Shown: piece by piece, positions 47,228 through 56,528 of the stretch
Numbering within the stretch: the first letter of the stretch is position 1
How the letters are laid out: each line of letters begins with the position of its first letter
Source of the DNA: an uncultured Planctomycetia bacterium
Lineage (GTDB): Bacteria > Omnitrophota > Gorgyraeia > 2-01-FULL-45-10
Assembly: GCA_964352425.1 (NCBI GenBank)
Contig: CAYGRZ010000002.1
Span: forward strand, 18,240-82,239
Direction: 5' to 3'
DNA length: 64,000 bases
Made by a program: the position numbers and the translations under genes
The notes under the pieces: generated by a model
Seen by the model: the letters and a program-made list of their open reading frames with translations, nothing else
The model's database searches: none
Told to the model about the DNA's origin: nothing

Positions 47228-48037
47228 CTAGATACGTTTTTCAACCCATTTCAGGAGGTCGCCGAATACCTTCTCCCTGCCGAGCTCCATGGTCAGCGAG
47301 TGGCGCATCTCCGGGTACTCGATTATATGCTTATGCTCGAACTTTATTCCGTTAAAGATCTTCCTGCTCGTCTCGGAATTGACGAAGGTATCGGCGCCGG
47401 CGAGGAGAAAGAGGGTGTCGGTCCTGACCTTGTGTTTCCATAGATTACTGGACAGCTGCCCGAGCAGGATGCTCTGCAGGAGCCGCGGCGTCGCCCATCT
47501 GTGTTCAAGCGTATCGCTATTCATGATCTTCAGGCATTCAGGGTCGCGCGAGCACATCTCGTTCGTGAAAGGCATGTGGAACTGCTTCCGCTGGTTATAG
47601 AAACGCGCCGTGACCATCCTGAAATAATCCATCAGAGAGAACTTCAGCCTGCTCTTGAAGCCGGGGGATATGCATATGAGCCCCCTGAAGATCCGCGGCT
47701 TCTTGATGACGGTGAGGAAACCGATGAGGCCTCCCATGCTCTCGCCGGCGATAAAGACGGGCTTGTGCCTGTGGTCTTTCTTGATTATAGTGTAAAGGCG
47801 GCGGACGTCCTTGATATAGGTATCCAGGGAATCTATGTGCCCCTTCGTCCCTTCGGTCTGGCCGAAGCCTTTCAGCTCGATAGAGTAGCAGGAGATGCCG
47901 TGTTCGACAAGGAAGCGCGCGACAAACTCCCAGTTATTGCTGTGGCCGCCGAGCCCGTGGACCATCAGCATGGCCGCCCTGGGTGAAGAGCAGCCCCACT
48001 GCCGGTACAGGATATTTCTCTTTTCGCATCGTTTCAT
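47228..48037 (-). CDS. Alpha/beta hydrolase (lysophospholipase/monoacylglycerol lipase-like)
   Basis: HGLGGHS oxyanion region and GESMGG nucleophile elbow. Confidence 0.75.
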   Translation of the reverse strand: MKRCEKRNILYRQWGCSSPRAAMLMVHGLGGHSNNWEFVARFLVEHGISCYSIELKGFGQTEGTKGHIDSLDTYIKDVRRLYTIIKKDHRHKPVFIAGESMGGLIGFLTVIKKPRIFRGLICISPGFKSRLKFSLMDYFRMVTARFYNQRKQFHMPFTNEMCSRDPECLKIMNSDTLEHRWATPRLLQSILLGQLSSNLWKHKVRTDTLFLLAGADTFVNSETSRKIFNGIKFEHKHIIEYPEMRHSLTMELGREKVFGDLLKWVEKRI

Positions 48038-48120
48038 GGTACTAGTATATCACATTTCGCCGCAAAGCATATTTTCTTGCCGCGCCTTGTATTTTTCACG
48101 ATAGGTGCTATACTCTAGGC

Positions 48121-48198
48121 AGGACGCTTATGAGCGTCGTGAGTGGTTTTGCCCACCTACCGGACACAGCCCAAAGCTAAACGATAGGTGGGCTTTTT
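48121..48198 (+). ncRNA. Candidate small transcript (~75 nt) ending in an intrinsic terminator, with a possible 16-codon leader ORF MSVVSGFAHLPDTAQS
   Basis: Possible TTGTAT-16-TATACT promoter at 48087-48114. Stem GCCCACCTACCG/CGATAGGTGGGC followed by T6 at 48150-48198. Speculative. Confidence 0.25.
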
Positions 48199-48357
48199 TA
48201 TCCGCCTTCGCAGAAAACCACCGGTGTTAACCCGTGGGTGAATGCGGCCAGATGCTTCGGCGGATGTCACATCCGACGTGTAGGCGGATAAAGAAAGGAA
48301 CCACGGGCGTAAGCCCGTAGGGTTCCATACGGTGCGCGCTTTAAGAGGAAGGGAAAA
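48199..48357 (+). promoter_or_regulatory. Structured leader upstream of der
   Basis: Closing helix TATCCGCC...GGCGGATA, internal hairpins, and a 12-bp helix capped by a GTAA tetraloop (GGAACCACGGGC-GTAA-GCCCGTAGGGTTCC). Confidence 0.35.
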
Positions 48358-49656
48358 ATGGCAGGCACCATGCATCCCAAAATAGCGATCGTCGGCAGGC
48401 CCAATGTCGGCAAGTCGTCTCTTTTCAACAGGATCGTCGGCTCGCGGAAAGCCATCGTCGAATCCACCTGCGGCACTACGCGCGACAGGCTCTACGCCGA
48501 TATCGCCTGGAAGGGCAAGTCCTTCACGATCGTCGATACGGGCGGTTTTGAGCCGGCCGGGCGCGATGATATCACCCGGCTCGTCTTCAAGCAGCTTCAC
48601 ACCGCGATCGAAGAGGCGGATATCATCTTCCTTGTCACGGACGTTACCGCCGGCGTAGCGCACCTCGACAGGGAACTTGCCGAGACCCTCAGGAAGACGT
48701 CGAAGCGCATCTATTGTATCGTGAACAAGGCCGATGACCACTCGAGGGCTGCCCAGGCGGCGGAATTCTATGAGCTTGGCCTCGGCGAGCCGCAGGTCGT
48801 ATCGGCGACGAACGGCACGGGCATCGAGCGGCTGCTCGATGAGGTGGCCAGGGGCATTGAAAAGAGCATGCCTGCGGGCACGCCGGCGTCGGTCAAGGTC
48901 GCCATTGTCGGGCGGCCGAACGTCGGCAAGTCGTCGTATCTAAATTCCGTTTTCATGGAAGACAGGGTGATCGTCCATCCGGTCCCCGGGACGACGAGGG
49001 ACGCCGTCGATACCGATTTTGACTACAAAGGCAGGCACTATGTGCTGATCGACACGGCAGGCATACGCCATCACGCGAAGCTAAGCGAGTCAGCCGATTT
49101 CTACGGAAGCGTCCGCTCGAAAGAGGCGATACGGCGCGCCGACGCGGGCCTCGTGATGATCGACGGTTTCGACGGGTTGAGGGAAGACGACCAGCGCATA
49201 ATAAATTTCGTCATCGATGAAGGCAGGGCGCTCGTCATAGCGGTCAATAAATGGGACCTGACGAAAGGCGTCGAGATGTCGAAGTACACCGAGATGCTCA
49301 TCAAGAAGCTGAACATCATAAAAAACTATCCCGTCGTCTTCATTTCCAGCACAACGAGACGCAACGTCCTGGCGTGCCTCGACGCGGTATGGGCGGCGTA
49401 TGAGCGGTCGAAATTGATAATTGCTCCCGCAGAGCTTAAGGAATTCCTGAAGTCGTTAAACGCCGCTCCGGAGGTAATGCGCAAAAGGCTACAGTTCCAT
49501 TACCTGGTCCAGGAGGGAGTCGAGCCTCCCGGTTTTGTCCTGGGCATCAAGCGCGCCGAAGCTTTGACCGAAAGCCTGAAAAGGTATATAGAGAATTTTT
49601 TCAGGGCATCACACGATTATGCCGGCGTGCCGATAAGGATACGGTACAGCAGCTAG
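48358..49656 (+). CDS. der: Ribosome biogenesis GTPase Der (EngA) with tandem GTPase domains
   Basis: Two G-domains (GRPNVGKSS repeated, DTGG/DTAG) and a KH-like C-terminus. 432 aa. Confidence 0.9.
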   Translation: MAGTMHPKIAIVGRPNVGKSSLFNRIVGSRKAIVESTCGTTRDRLYADIAWKGKSFTIVDTGGFEPAGRDDITRLVFKQLHTAIEEADIIFLVTDVTAGVAHLDRELAETLRKTSKRIYCIVNKADDHSRAAQAAEFYELGLGEPQVVSATNGTGIERLLDEVARGIEKSMPAGTPASVKVAIVGRPNVGKSSYLNSVFMEDRVIVHPVPGTTRDAVDTDFDYKGRHYVLIDTAGIRHHAKLSESADFYGSVRSKEAIRRADAGLVMIDGFDGLREDDQRIINFVIDEGRALVIAVNKWDLTKGVEMSKYTEMLIKKLNIIKNYPVVFISSTTRRNVLACLDAVWAAYERSKLIIAPAELKEFLKSLNAAPEVMRKRLQFHYLVQEGVEPPGFVLGIKRAEALTESLKRYIENFFRASHDYAGVPIRIRYSS

Positions 49657-49755
49657 CGTAAAAGATCGGTGCTCACCGCTTCCGGGGAGCGTCTTCGAAC
49701 GTATTTGACTTTCCACAAAAAAAGAGGTACCCTTTAGATCATACAGGGAGGTCGT

Positions 49756-50061
49756 ATGGATAAGAAGAATGGTTTCATCAATGATGCGGTGGTCGTAGCG
49801 GTAGGCCTGGCGGCGCTCGTCTTTATTGCCGTGTGGGTCATCAATGCCAACGCCGAATATTATAAGCAGGCGGTGAGCGCGGCGGAGGCGACAAACGAAA
49901 CGCTGATGCAGCAGCGGGACGTTGTGATAAAAAAACTTATGCGGCTGGCGGATGCCAGGCAGGCGGAGCTGGCCGGCGCCAGGAAGAACGTGGAAATCGC
50001 CAGGGCAGAGCTTGACGCGTCAAAGAAAAAAATAGAAAACATCAAAGCGATCGTGCAATAG
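49756..50061 (+). CDS. Hypothetical membrane-anchored coiled-coil protein
   Basis: One TM helix then a helical segment. GGAGG RBS. Terminator downstream. Confidence 0.45.
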   Translation: MDKKNGFINDAVVVAVGLAALVFIAVWVINANAEYYKQAVSAAEATNETLMQQRDVVIKKLMRLADARQAELAGARKNVEIARAELDASKKKIENIKAIVQ

Positions 50062-50082
50062 CCGCGCCCCGCTCATATAAAC

Positions 50083-50127
50083 CTTCGCCGACCGGAGTTT
50101 TGGTCGGCGGAGGTTTTTTATTTTTTG
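50083..50127 (+). terminator. Rho-independent terminator
   Basis: Stem CCTTCGCCGACC/GGTCGGCGGAGG then TTTTTTATTTTTT. Confidence 0.6.
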
Positions 50128-50165
50128 TCCCTCGGCACGAAGCTCGAAAAAATTTCTAACGGGGC

Positions 50166-50194
50166 TTGGGATTTAGTGTCTTCGGGAGTATAAT
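50166..50194 (+). promoter_or_regulatory. Conserved promoter cassette copy (TTGGGA-17-TATAAT, spacer ending TTCGGGAG); predicted leaderless transcript for the archaemetzincin-like gene
   Basis: GCTTGGGAtttagtgtcTTCGGGAGTATAAT. The ATG at 50202 lies 7-8 nt after the -10. Confidence 0.5.
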
Positions 50195-50201
50195 CTGAAG
50201 T

Positions 50202-50861
50202 ATGAAGATAACGAAGCCGGCATCGATACTTTTATTATTCTCACTGCAGCTGTGTATTCCCGATACGGGCCTGGCGAGGTCGGTCGACGAGCGTGTCTAC
50301 ATTGTCCCGGCGGGGCCGGTTGACCGGAAGATTATCAAGACACTAAAAGAGCGGCTTCCCGGCTGCCTGCCGATGGCCGTCAAAGCAGTGATCGAGCCGC
50401 CCAAAGACCTCCCCCACGCCGCGTACGATGAGGCGCGCAAACAATATAATGCCGAAACGATGCTGGATGTGCTCTCCAAGCGGGTCGTCATAGGTGAGGC
50501 GATGGAGCGGGCGCTTTTTGTCGTCGACGTTGACCTTTATTCGCCCGGCCTGGACTCAGTCTGCGGCCTGGCTGACCCGAAGAAGGGTGTGTGCATCATA
50601 TCGCTGGCACGCCTCAGGAACGAGTTTTACGCCCTGTTGCCCGACAGCAGGCTCTTTATCGACCGGGCGGTGAAAGAAGCGGTCCGCGAGCTGGGCCGCA
50701 CGTACGGTATCGACGGGTGTCCGGATCACCGGTGCGTGATGTTCTCTTCCGGCACTCTTCGGGACAACGATAAGAAGAGGGATACATTCTGTGTCGAGTG
50801 CCGGATAAAATTGCGCAAGCGGTATGGCGGCTCGATCATCGGGCCGGTGCTGCCGAAATAG
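50202..50861 (+). CDS. Archaemetzincin-family homolog with all three zinc-binding His substituted (predicted inactive), C4 zinc-ribbon retained
   Basis: Motif reads AVRELGRTYGIDGCPDHRCVMFSS...FCVECRIKL where archaemetzincins have HExxHxxGxxHCxxxxCxM...CxxC. His1 becomes R, His2 becomes R, His3 becomes D. Confidence 0.6.
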   Translation: MKITKPASILLLFSLQLCIPDTGLARSVDERVYIVPAGPVDRKIIKTLKERLPGCLPMAVKAVIEPPKDLPHAAYDEARKQYNAETMLDVLSKRVVIGEAMERALFVVDVDLYSPGLDSVCGLADPKKGVCIISLARLRNEFYALLPDSRLFIDRAVKEAVRELGRTYGIDGCPDHRCVMFSSGTLRDNDKKRDTFCVECRIKLRKRYGGSIIGPVLPK

Positions 50862-50874
50862 GGATACGTCGTCC

Positions 50875-51948
50875 ATGAAGAAGCGGATACTGTTGTATGT
50901 CCTGTGCGCGCTGCTGGCCTCTCCGGTCGCTGCGAGATGCGATGAGCCGGCGCGCCGCGGCCTCTTTGTCACGGTGCTGCAGGAACCTCAGGTGCTTTCG
51001 AGCCGCGAGGAGATCGGGAAGCTGGTCGATTTCGCGAAAAGGGCCCGTATCAATGTCATCTTCGTGCAGGTCTATTACGCGAACAGGGCGTGGTTTCCTT
51101 CGAAGACCGCGGACCGGAGGCCGTATGAGAGTTGCGTAAAAAAACTGTCAGCCGACCCTCTCCGGCTTCTTATTACACAGGCCCATGGCGCGGGGATAGG
51201 CGTACATGCCTGGATGAATATGTTGAGCCTGGGCGATAATAAGGACGCCCGGCTCCTCAAAAAATACGGGACCGGCATCCTGACGAGGAACCTGAAAAAG
51301 AAGAAGGCGATCGAAGATTATAAGATCGACGGCCAGTATTTTCTCGAGCCCGGCGATACGCGGGTCCGCGAGGAGCTTTTGAACGTGGCCGAGGAGATCG
51401 TCCGCGCCTATCCCGGCCTGGACGGGATCCAGTTCGATTATATCCGTTATCCGGACCAGCATCCGGCGTACGGCTATGCGGATATGAATGTCGAACGTTT
51501 CAAAAAGGCGACCGGCCTTACCGCGATCGATGAGAAAGGCAGGGCCTGGCAGGGCTGGAAACGGGCCCAGGTGACGGGGCTCCTCGAACAGCTTGCCGAA
51601 AGGGTGCGCTCGGTCCGTCCGGGCATCGAGGTATCGGCGACGGGGTGCATGCCGTACTCGCGCGCGTATCTCGAAGCATTCCAGGACTGGCCGTCCTGGC
51701 TCGAGCGCCATCTCGTGGATTTCGTAACGGTGATGGGCTATTCCCCGGATCCCGCGGAACTGAAGCGATGGATCGCGGCCGCAAAAAGCAAGACGGCGGA
51801 CTTCAGGAAAGTGACCATAGGCCTCGGCGCGTATAAACTGGTGCGCTTGCCGGAGGTGTTCGAGCGTGAATTCCGTATCTGCGAGGAAGCCGGCGCCGGA
51901 GGCTACGCTATCTTCCATTACGGCAGCCTGCTTAAGATGAAAAGATGA
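50875..51948 (+). CDS. GHL10 (glycoside hydrolase-like family 10, YngK/YddW-type) protein
   Basis: Signal peptide then a TIM-barrel-like region typical of GHL10 proteins (RGLFVTVLQEP...INVIFVQVYYANRAWFPS). ATG at 50875. Confidence 0.55.
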   Translation: MKKRILLYVLCALLASPVAARCDEPARRGLFVTVLQEPQVLSSREEIGKLVDFAKRARINVIFVQVYYANRAWFPSKTADRRPYESCVKKLSADPLRLLITQAHGAGIGVHAWMNMLSLGDNKDARLLKKYGTGILTRNLKKKKAIEDYKIDGQYFLEPGDTRVREELLNVAEEIVRAYPGLDGIQFDYIRYPDQHPAYGYADMNVERFKKATGLTAIDEKGRAWQGWKRAQVTGLLEQLAERVRSVRPGIEVSATGCMPYSRAYLEAFQDWPSWLERHLVDFVTVMGYSPDPAELKRWIAAAKSKTADFRKVTIGLGAYKLVRLPEVFEREFRICEEAGAGGYAIFHYGSLLKMKR

Positions 51949-51967
51949 CAGCACGCACGCGCCATTA

Positions 51968-52654
51968 ATGACAAAGGCCCGCATGAAGAAGATCGAGATC
52001 GAGAAGATAGTCCGTTCGAAGCGCAGGACCGTCGCGCTCGTTATCACGAGGGATGCGACGCTCGTCGTCCGCGCCGGTTTGCATACGCCCACCACATTCA
52101 TCGAAGACCTGGTGCTAAAGAAGAGCGCCTGGATAACGCGGAAGATCGCCGAAGTGGCCGGACGGCCGAAGCCGTTTCCCAGAAAATTTGCGGATGGCGA
52201 GCACTTCCCGTACCTGGGGAATACCTATCCTCTTGCAATTGTCGATGATACGGAAGCCCCGCTTTCGCTGGCGGACGGATTCATCATGTCGAGGCGCTCG
52301 CTCCCGGCGGCCAGGCAAGTCTTTGTCGGCTGGTACCGGGAGAAGGCGTGTGCGAAGATAAAGGAAAGGCTCGACCTGTATGCTTCCCTCTCCGGTATCA
52401 GGTACGGCAGGTGCACTATAACAGGCGCCCAGAGCCGCTGGGGATCGTGCACGGCAAGGAATACGGTTAATTTCAGCTGGCGCCTGATTCTGGCCCCGCT
52501 CCATGTGGTCGATTATGTCGTCGCACATGAGCTCGCGCATATCGAGCGGAAGGACCATTCGCGGCATTTCTGGAACAGGGTTAATGACATTTTCCCCGGA
52601 TACCGCGAAAGCGAGCAATGGCTGAAAGATCACGGCGATTCGCTGGGGCTGTGA
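51968..52654 (+). CDS. YgjP/DUF45-family metal-dependent hydrolase (annotated as M48-family metallopeptidase in some databases)
   Basis: HELAHIERKDHS zinc motif (HExxH) near the C-terminus. Confidence 0.7.
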   Translation: MTKARMKKIEIEKIVRSKRRTVALVITRDATLVVRAGLHTPTTFIEDLVLKKSAWITRKIAEVAGRPKPFPRKFADGEHFPYLGNTYPLAIVDDTEAPLSLADGFIMSRRSLPAARQVFVGWYREKACAKIKERLDLYASLSGIRYGRCTITGAQSRWGSCTARNTVNFSWRLILAPLHVVDYVVAHELAHIERKDHSRHFWNRVNDIFPGYRESEQWLKDHGDSLGL

Positions 52655-52737
52655 CGGATGAAAGAGGAGTCGGGGGCATTGAACTATTAATTAATAATGG
52701 TAGCTAATGCGGCGCCGTGCGCGGTATAATAATGCCG

Positions 52738-52893
52738 ATGGCGAAGAAGATAAAGACGCACAAGAAACACAGGGTATGCAGGATTCGCGGGTGCGAGCAG
52801 ATATTGAGCATATATAACGCAGACACCTACTGCCATGCCCATCAGATCACCAACGCGAGCCAGGTGCCCGTGCTGGCTAACGCCAGGAATTAA
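52738..52893 (+). CDS. Possible small zinc-finger protein (51 aa)
   Basis: ORF MAKKIKTHKKHRVCRIRGCEQ...YCHAHQ with a CxxxxC...CxH pattern. A TATAAT at 52724-52729 ends 9 nt before the ATG, so a leaderless transcript is possible. Speculative. Confidence 0.25.
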   Translation: MAKKIKTHKKHRVCRIRGCEQILSIYNADTYCHAHQITNASQVPVLANARN

Positions 52894-52942
52894 GCCTGCG
52901 CCACGTACTATGACTTCAGGCATATCCCGAGCATATTTTCGC

Positions 52943-52971
52943 TTGGGATTTTGTATGCGCCGCCCATAGTA
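52943..52971 (+). promoter_or_regulatory. Degenerate copy of the conserved promoter cassette (TTGGGA-17-ATAGTA)
   Basis: CATATTTTCGCTTGGGATTTTGT is nearly identical to the upstream half of the 53313 copy. The -10 is weak. Confidence 0.3.
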
Positions 52972-53088
52972 CTGTGATTTTACCATAGTGGAAAAATGTC
53001 AGAAAAAAGTGGATTTAGCATCTATACAATGGATGAGGCCGGTGTAAAATATACGTGGAGACAAGCTTCTTAAATAGGGGAGGTCAGT

Positions 53089-53271
53089 ATGGCCGGAAAA
53101 ACCAAAGCGATAAACGCAGTGGACGAGTTTCTTTCATTGGCATGGATCTTCCTGTTGAGCGTAGTGGTCGTGAAAGACAACACGGCCTGGGGGGTAATGG
53201 CGTCGGCGGCGATCTTTGTCGCCTGTTATCTGATCTTCTTGGCGGCGCGCTTTATCTTCATGAGAAAATAG
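53089..53271 (+). CDS. Small hydrophobic membrane protein (60 aa)
   Basis: GGGAGG RBS. Two predicted TM helices. Confidence 0.3.
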   Translation: MAGKTKAINAVDEFLSLAWIFLLSVVVVKDNTAWGVMASAAIFVACYLIFLAARFIFMRK

Positions 53272-53312
53272 TCAGGCGAGACTGCACACTGGAAATCCCA
53301 GGCGAATTTTCG

Positions 53313-53341
53313 CTTGGGATTTTGTGTGTTCGGGAGTATAA
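53313..53341 (+). promoter_or_regulatory. Conserved promoter cassette copy (TTGGGA-17-TATAAT) upstream of the PilZ-glgB unit
   Basis: CGCTTGGGAttttgtgtgTTCGGGAGTATAAT. An inverted repeat AAATCCCAGG/CTTGGGATTT overlaps the -35. Confidence 0.5.
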
Positions 53342-53401
53342 TCCTTGACATATGGCCCTGATGGCATATGGAAGCTAACGCGCATTTTTTAGGAGGAGAG
53401 T

Positions 53402-53923
53402 ATGGTTAATTTTAATATTGAGCGGAGAAAGTACCTGCGGTATGACACGGAGATGAAAGTGTATTTTCGTGTCAAGTACGATATCGAGACGAGGGTCAAG
53501 TTCAAGGTCCTGGAAGACGAGACCGAGCACAAATATTCCGGGTTATGCAAGAATGTGAGCGTCGAAGGTCTCTGTTTTGTCTCGAAGAAGAAATTGAATG
53601 TAGGCGACCTGCTGCTGCTCGAGGTCTATGAGCCGATCATCAAGGGCCCCGTCGTCATGGAGGGGCAGGTCAGGTGGAGCAGGAGGCTCCCCGGCGAAGA
53701 CGGCGCGGAAGACGTCTACCACACGGGCGTCAGGCTCGTCCTGGTGAATGGAAAGTCGGTCCCGGATTCCATCCATCTTGATAGTAAATACAAGGTCGCC
53801 TGGAGCATCGTCCTGGACTCTTTGTTCGGCAATTTCGCGGCGATGGTGCGGAAGCTTAAAAAAAGGAAATGGGGCAGGGCCCGCGCGGTATCGCCCCGCA
53901 AGGGCAACAAGCAGGCGAGATAG
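53402..53923 (+). CDS. PilZ domain protein
   Basis: RxxxR (RRKYLRYD) and NxSxxG (NVSVEG) motifs. AGGAGG RBS. Immediately upstream of glgB. Confidence 0.6.
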   Translation: MVNFNIERRKYLRYDTEMKVYFRVKYDIETRVKFKVLEDETEHKYSGLCKNVSVEGLCFVSKKKLNVGDLLLLEVYEPIIKGPVVMEGQVRWSRRLPGEDGAEDVYHTGVRLVLVNGKSVPDSIHLDSKYKVAWSIVLDSLFGNFAAMVRKLKKRKWGRARAVSPRKGNKQAR

Positions 53924-53936
53924 GACGCCTGCATAT

Positions 53937-55871
53937 ATGAGCCAACCGGTAATGCACGGGCCGACGTTATTCAGCGAATTTGACATTCATCTTTTCAGGG
54001 AAGGCAGCCACCACCGCCTCTACGAAAAGCTCGGCTCTCACCTGATGGCCGTGAAGGGGACGCTCGGCGTCTACTTTGCCGTCTGGGCTCCCAACGCCGA
54101 ATATGTTTCGGTCGTCGGAGACTTTAACGGCTGGGATACGCTCTCGCATCCTCTCGCCGTGCGGTGGGACGGTTCGGGCATCTGGGAGGGCTTCATCCCC
54201 GGCATAGGCAAGGGGACGCTCTACAAATATTATCTGCGTTCAAAATTCAACGGTTATACCGTCGAGAAGGGCGACCCGTTCGCGCTGTACTGGGAAGCGC
54301 CCCCGAAGACCGCCTCGGTGGTCTGGGACCTCGAATACAAATGGAATGACCGCGCCTGGCTTGACAAGCGAGCGCAGCGTAACAGCCTCGATTCACCGAT
54401 GTCCGTATATGAAGTCCATCTTGGGTCGTGGAAAAGGATACCCGATGAAGGCAACCGCCGCCTCACGTACCGGGAGCTCGCCCCGCAGCTCGCCGATTAC
54501 GTAAGCCAGATGGGATTCACGCATGTGGAATTGATGCCCGTCATGGAGCATCCGTTCTACGGCTCATGGGGATACCAGATCTGCGGGTATTTCGCGCCGA
54601 GCCACCGCTACGGGACGCCGCAGGATTTCATGTACTTCGTCGACTATCTCCATAAGAAAGGGATAGGCATCATCCTCGACTGGGTGCCGTCGCATTTCCC
54701 CGGCGACGAGCACGGCCTCGCCTATTTTGACGGCACGCACCTCTACGAGCACGCGGACCTGCGCAAGGGTTTCCAACCCGACTGGCACAGCTTCATCTAT
54801 AATTACGGCCGCAACGAGGTGCGCAATTTCCTCATCTCGAACGCGATGTTCTGGTGCGACAAGTACCATGCCGACGCCCTCCGGATCGACGCCGTCGCCT
54901 CGATACTCTATCTCGATTATTCCAGGAAGACGGGCGAGTGGATCCCGAACCAGTTCGGCGGCCGGGAGAATCTCGAGGCGGTGGGCTTCCTCAAAAAACT
55001 GAATGAGAGCGTGTACCACGATTTCCCGTCGGTCCAGATGATCGCGGAGGAGTCGACCGCGTGGCCGATGGTCACCAAGCCCACCTACCTGGGAGGGCTG
55101 GGGTTCGGGATGAAGTGGAATATGGGATGGATGCACGACACGCTCGAGTACATGTCGAAAGACCCCGTCTTCCGCAAGTATCACCACGGCACGTTGACGT
55201 TCAGCCTGCTGTACGCGTTCACGGAGAACTTCATGCTCCCGCTGTCCCACGACGAATGCTCCCACGGCAAAGGGTCGCTCTTAAGCAAGATGCCGGGCGA
55301 CCACTGGCGGAAATGCGCGGGGCTGCGCCTTCTCCTGGGATACATGTGGATGCACCCGGGCAAAAAACTCCTCTTCATGGGCGGGGAATTCGGGCAGGCC
55401 CAGGAGTGGCAGCATGACCAGAGCCTCGACTGGCACCTCCTCCAATATCCCGAGCACGCGGGGATCCGGCGCTGGGTGAGCGACCTTAACAATTTCTATA
55501 AAAATGAGCCGGCGCTCTATGAGGTCGATTTTTCATATGACGGGTTTGAATGGATGGACGTGAATAATTACGAGGAGAGCGTCATCTCGTTCCTCAGGAA
55601 GAGCCGGTCTCATCCGTCAGAGACGGTGCTTGCGGTGTGCAATTTTACGCCGGTGCCGAGGTACAATTACCTTGTCGGCGTCCCGTTCGACGGTTTCTGG
55701 AAAGAGGTATTGAATAGCGACGCGCACGAGTACGGCGCCAGCGGCCAGGGTAATATGGGCGGCCGCGAAGCTGCCCCTACGCCATGCCACGGAAAGCCTT
55801 TCTGCCTGTCGCTGACGCTCCCGCCGCTGGGCATCGTGGTCCTGAAGCGCCAGGCGACGAGGGAGAAATAA
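53937..55871 (+). CDS. glgB: 1,4-alpha-glucan branching enzyme
   Basis: CBM48 N-terminal region ([23 protein letters not shown]) and GH13 catalytic motifs (DWVPSHF, GFDGFRFDAV-like [16 protein letters not shown]). 644 aa from the ATG at 53937. Confidence 0.9.
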   Translation: MSQPVMHGPTLFSEFDIHLFREGSHHRLYEKLGSHLMAVKGTLGVYFAVWAPNAEYVSVVGDFNGWDTLSHPLAVRWDGSGIWEGFIPGIGKGTLYKYYLRSKFNGYTVEKGDPFALYWEAPPKTASVVWDLEYKWNDRAWLDKRAQRNSLDSPMSVYEVHLGSWKRIPDEGNRRLTYRELAPQLADYVSQMGFTHVELMPVMEHPFYGSWGYQICGYFAPSHRYGTPQDFMYFVDYLHKKGIGIILDWVPSHFPGDEHGLAYFDGTHLYEHADLRKGFQPDWHSFIYNYGRNEVRNFLISNAMFWCDKYHADALRIDAVASILYLDYSRKTGEWIPNQFGGRENLEAVGFLKKLNESVYHDFPSVQMIAEESTAWPMVTKPTYLGGLGFGMKWNMGWMHDTLEYMSKDPVFRKYHHGTLTFSLLYAFTENFMLPLSHDECSHGKGSLLSKMPGDHWRKCAGLRLLLGYMWMHPGKKLLFMGGEFGQAQEWQHDQSLDWHLLQYPEHAGIRRWVSDLNNFYKNEPALYEVDFSYDGFEWMDVNNYEESVISFLRKSRSHPSETVLAVCNFTPVPRYNYLVGVPFDGFWKEVLNSDAHEYGASGQGNMGGREAAPTPCHGKPFCLSLTLPPLGIVVLKRQATREK

Positions 55872-55925
55872 TTTGACAAAGCGCGCCGGGGGGCATATTG
55901 TAATGAAACCCAACAAGGAGGAACG

Positions 55926-56423
55926 ATGAGATATTTATATGCGGTAGTGATGCTGGCCTCAGGGCTTTTATTCGGTATCACAGAGGCGCTCTCGGCAGAT
56001 GCGGCCATACACAACGGCAGCAAGGTCGCGTTCGCCTACACGCTCACCGTCGACGGCAAGGTCGTCGACACGTCGGAAGGAAGGACGCCGCTTGAGTATA
56101 CCCAGGGTGACGGCAAGATGATCCCGGGACTGGCCAAACAGCTGGAAGGATTGAGGGCCGGCGACGAGAAGAGCGTCGTATTGAAGCCGGAAGAGGCGTA
56201 CGGCAGCCCCAATCCGGCCGCGATCAGAGAGATCCCGCTGTCGCAGCTGCCGTCACAGCCCAAGCCTCAGGTGGGGATGATGCTGCAGGTCCAGAATAAA
56301 CAGGGCCGGGTCTTTCCCGCGCGGATCACCGATATAAAGGATGACAAAGCTCTCATAGACTTAAACCACCCGCTGGCGGGTAAGACGCTGAACTTCAAGG
56401 TCAAGATCGTTTCGGTGACGTAG
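55926..56423 (+). CDS. FKBP-type peptidyl-prolyl cis-trans isomerase (SlyD/FkpA-like, secreted)
   Basis: Signal peptide. FKBP core (VAFAYTLTVDGKVVDTS...GKMIPGLAKQLEGLRAGD...LAGKTLNFKVKIVSV). Confidence 0.75.
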   Translation: MRYLYAVVMLASGLLFGITEALSADAAIHNGSKVAFAYTLTVDGKVVDTSEGRTPLEYTQGDGKMIPGLAKQLEGLRAGDEKSVVLKPEEAYGSPNPAAIREIPLSQLPSQPKPQVGMMLQVQNKQGRVFPARITDIKDDKALIDLNHPLAGKTLNFKVKIVSVT

Positions 56424-56458
56424 AAACCGCCGGCCGTAAAGTCTCAGGCATATTTTGC

Positions 56459-56487
56459 TTGGGACTTTTTGTTTTCGGGAGTATAAT
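56459..56487 (+). promoter_or_regulatory. Conserved promoter cassette copy (TTGGGA-17-TATAAT) upstream of the lipoprotein-nitrilase-MBL-AsmA operon
   Basis: CATATTTTGCTTGGGACtttttgtTTTCGGGAGTATAAT. Confidence 0.5.
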
Positions 56488-56528
56488 TCTGGTAGCACAC
56501 CGGTACCGTTATCAAGAAGGGAGAAAAA

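Noticed and set aside
48130-48180. 16-codon ORF (MSVVSGFAHLPDTAQS) as a classical amino-acid attenuator leader peptide
   Set aside because: There is no run of codons for a single regulatory amino acid and no obvious alternative antiterminator pairing. Kept only as a speculative part of the candidate sRNA feature.
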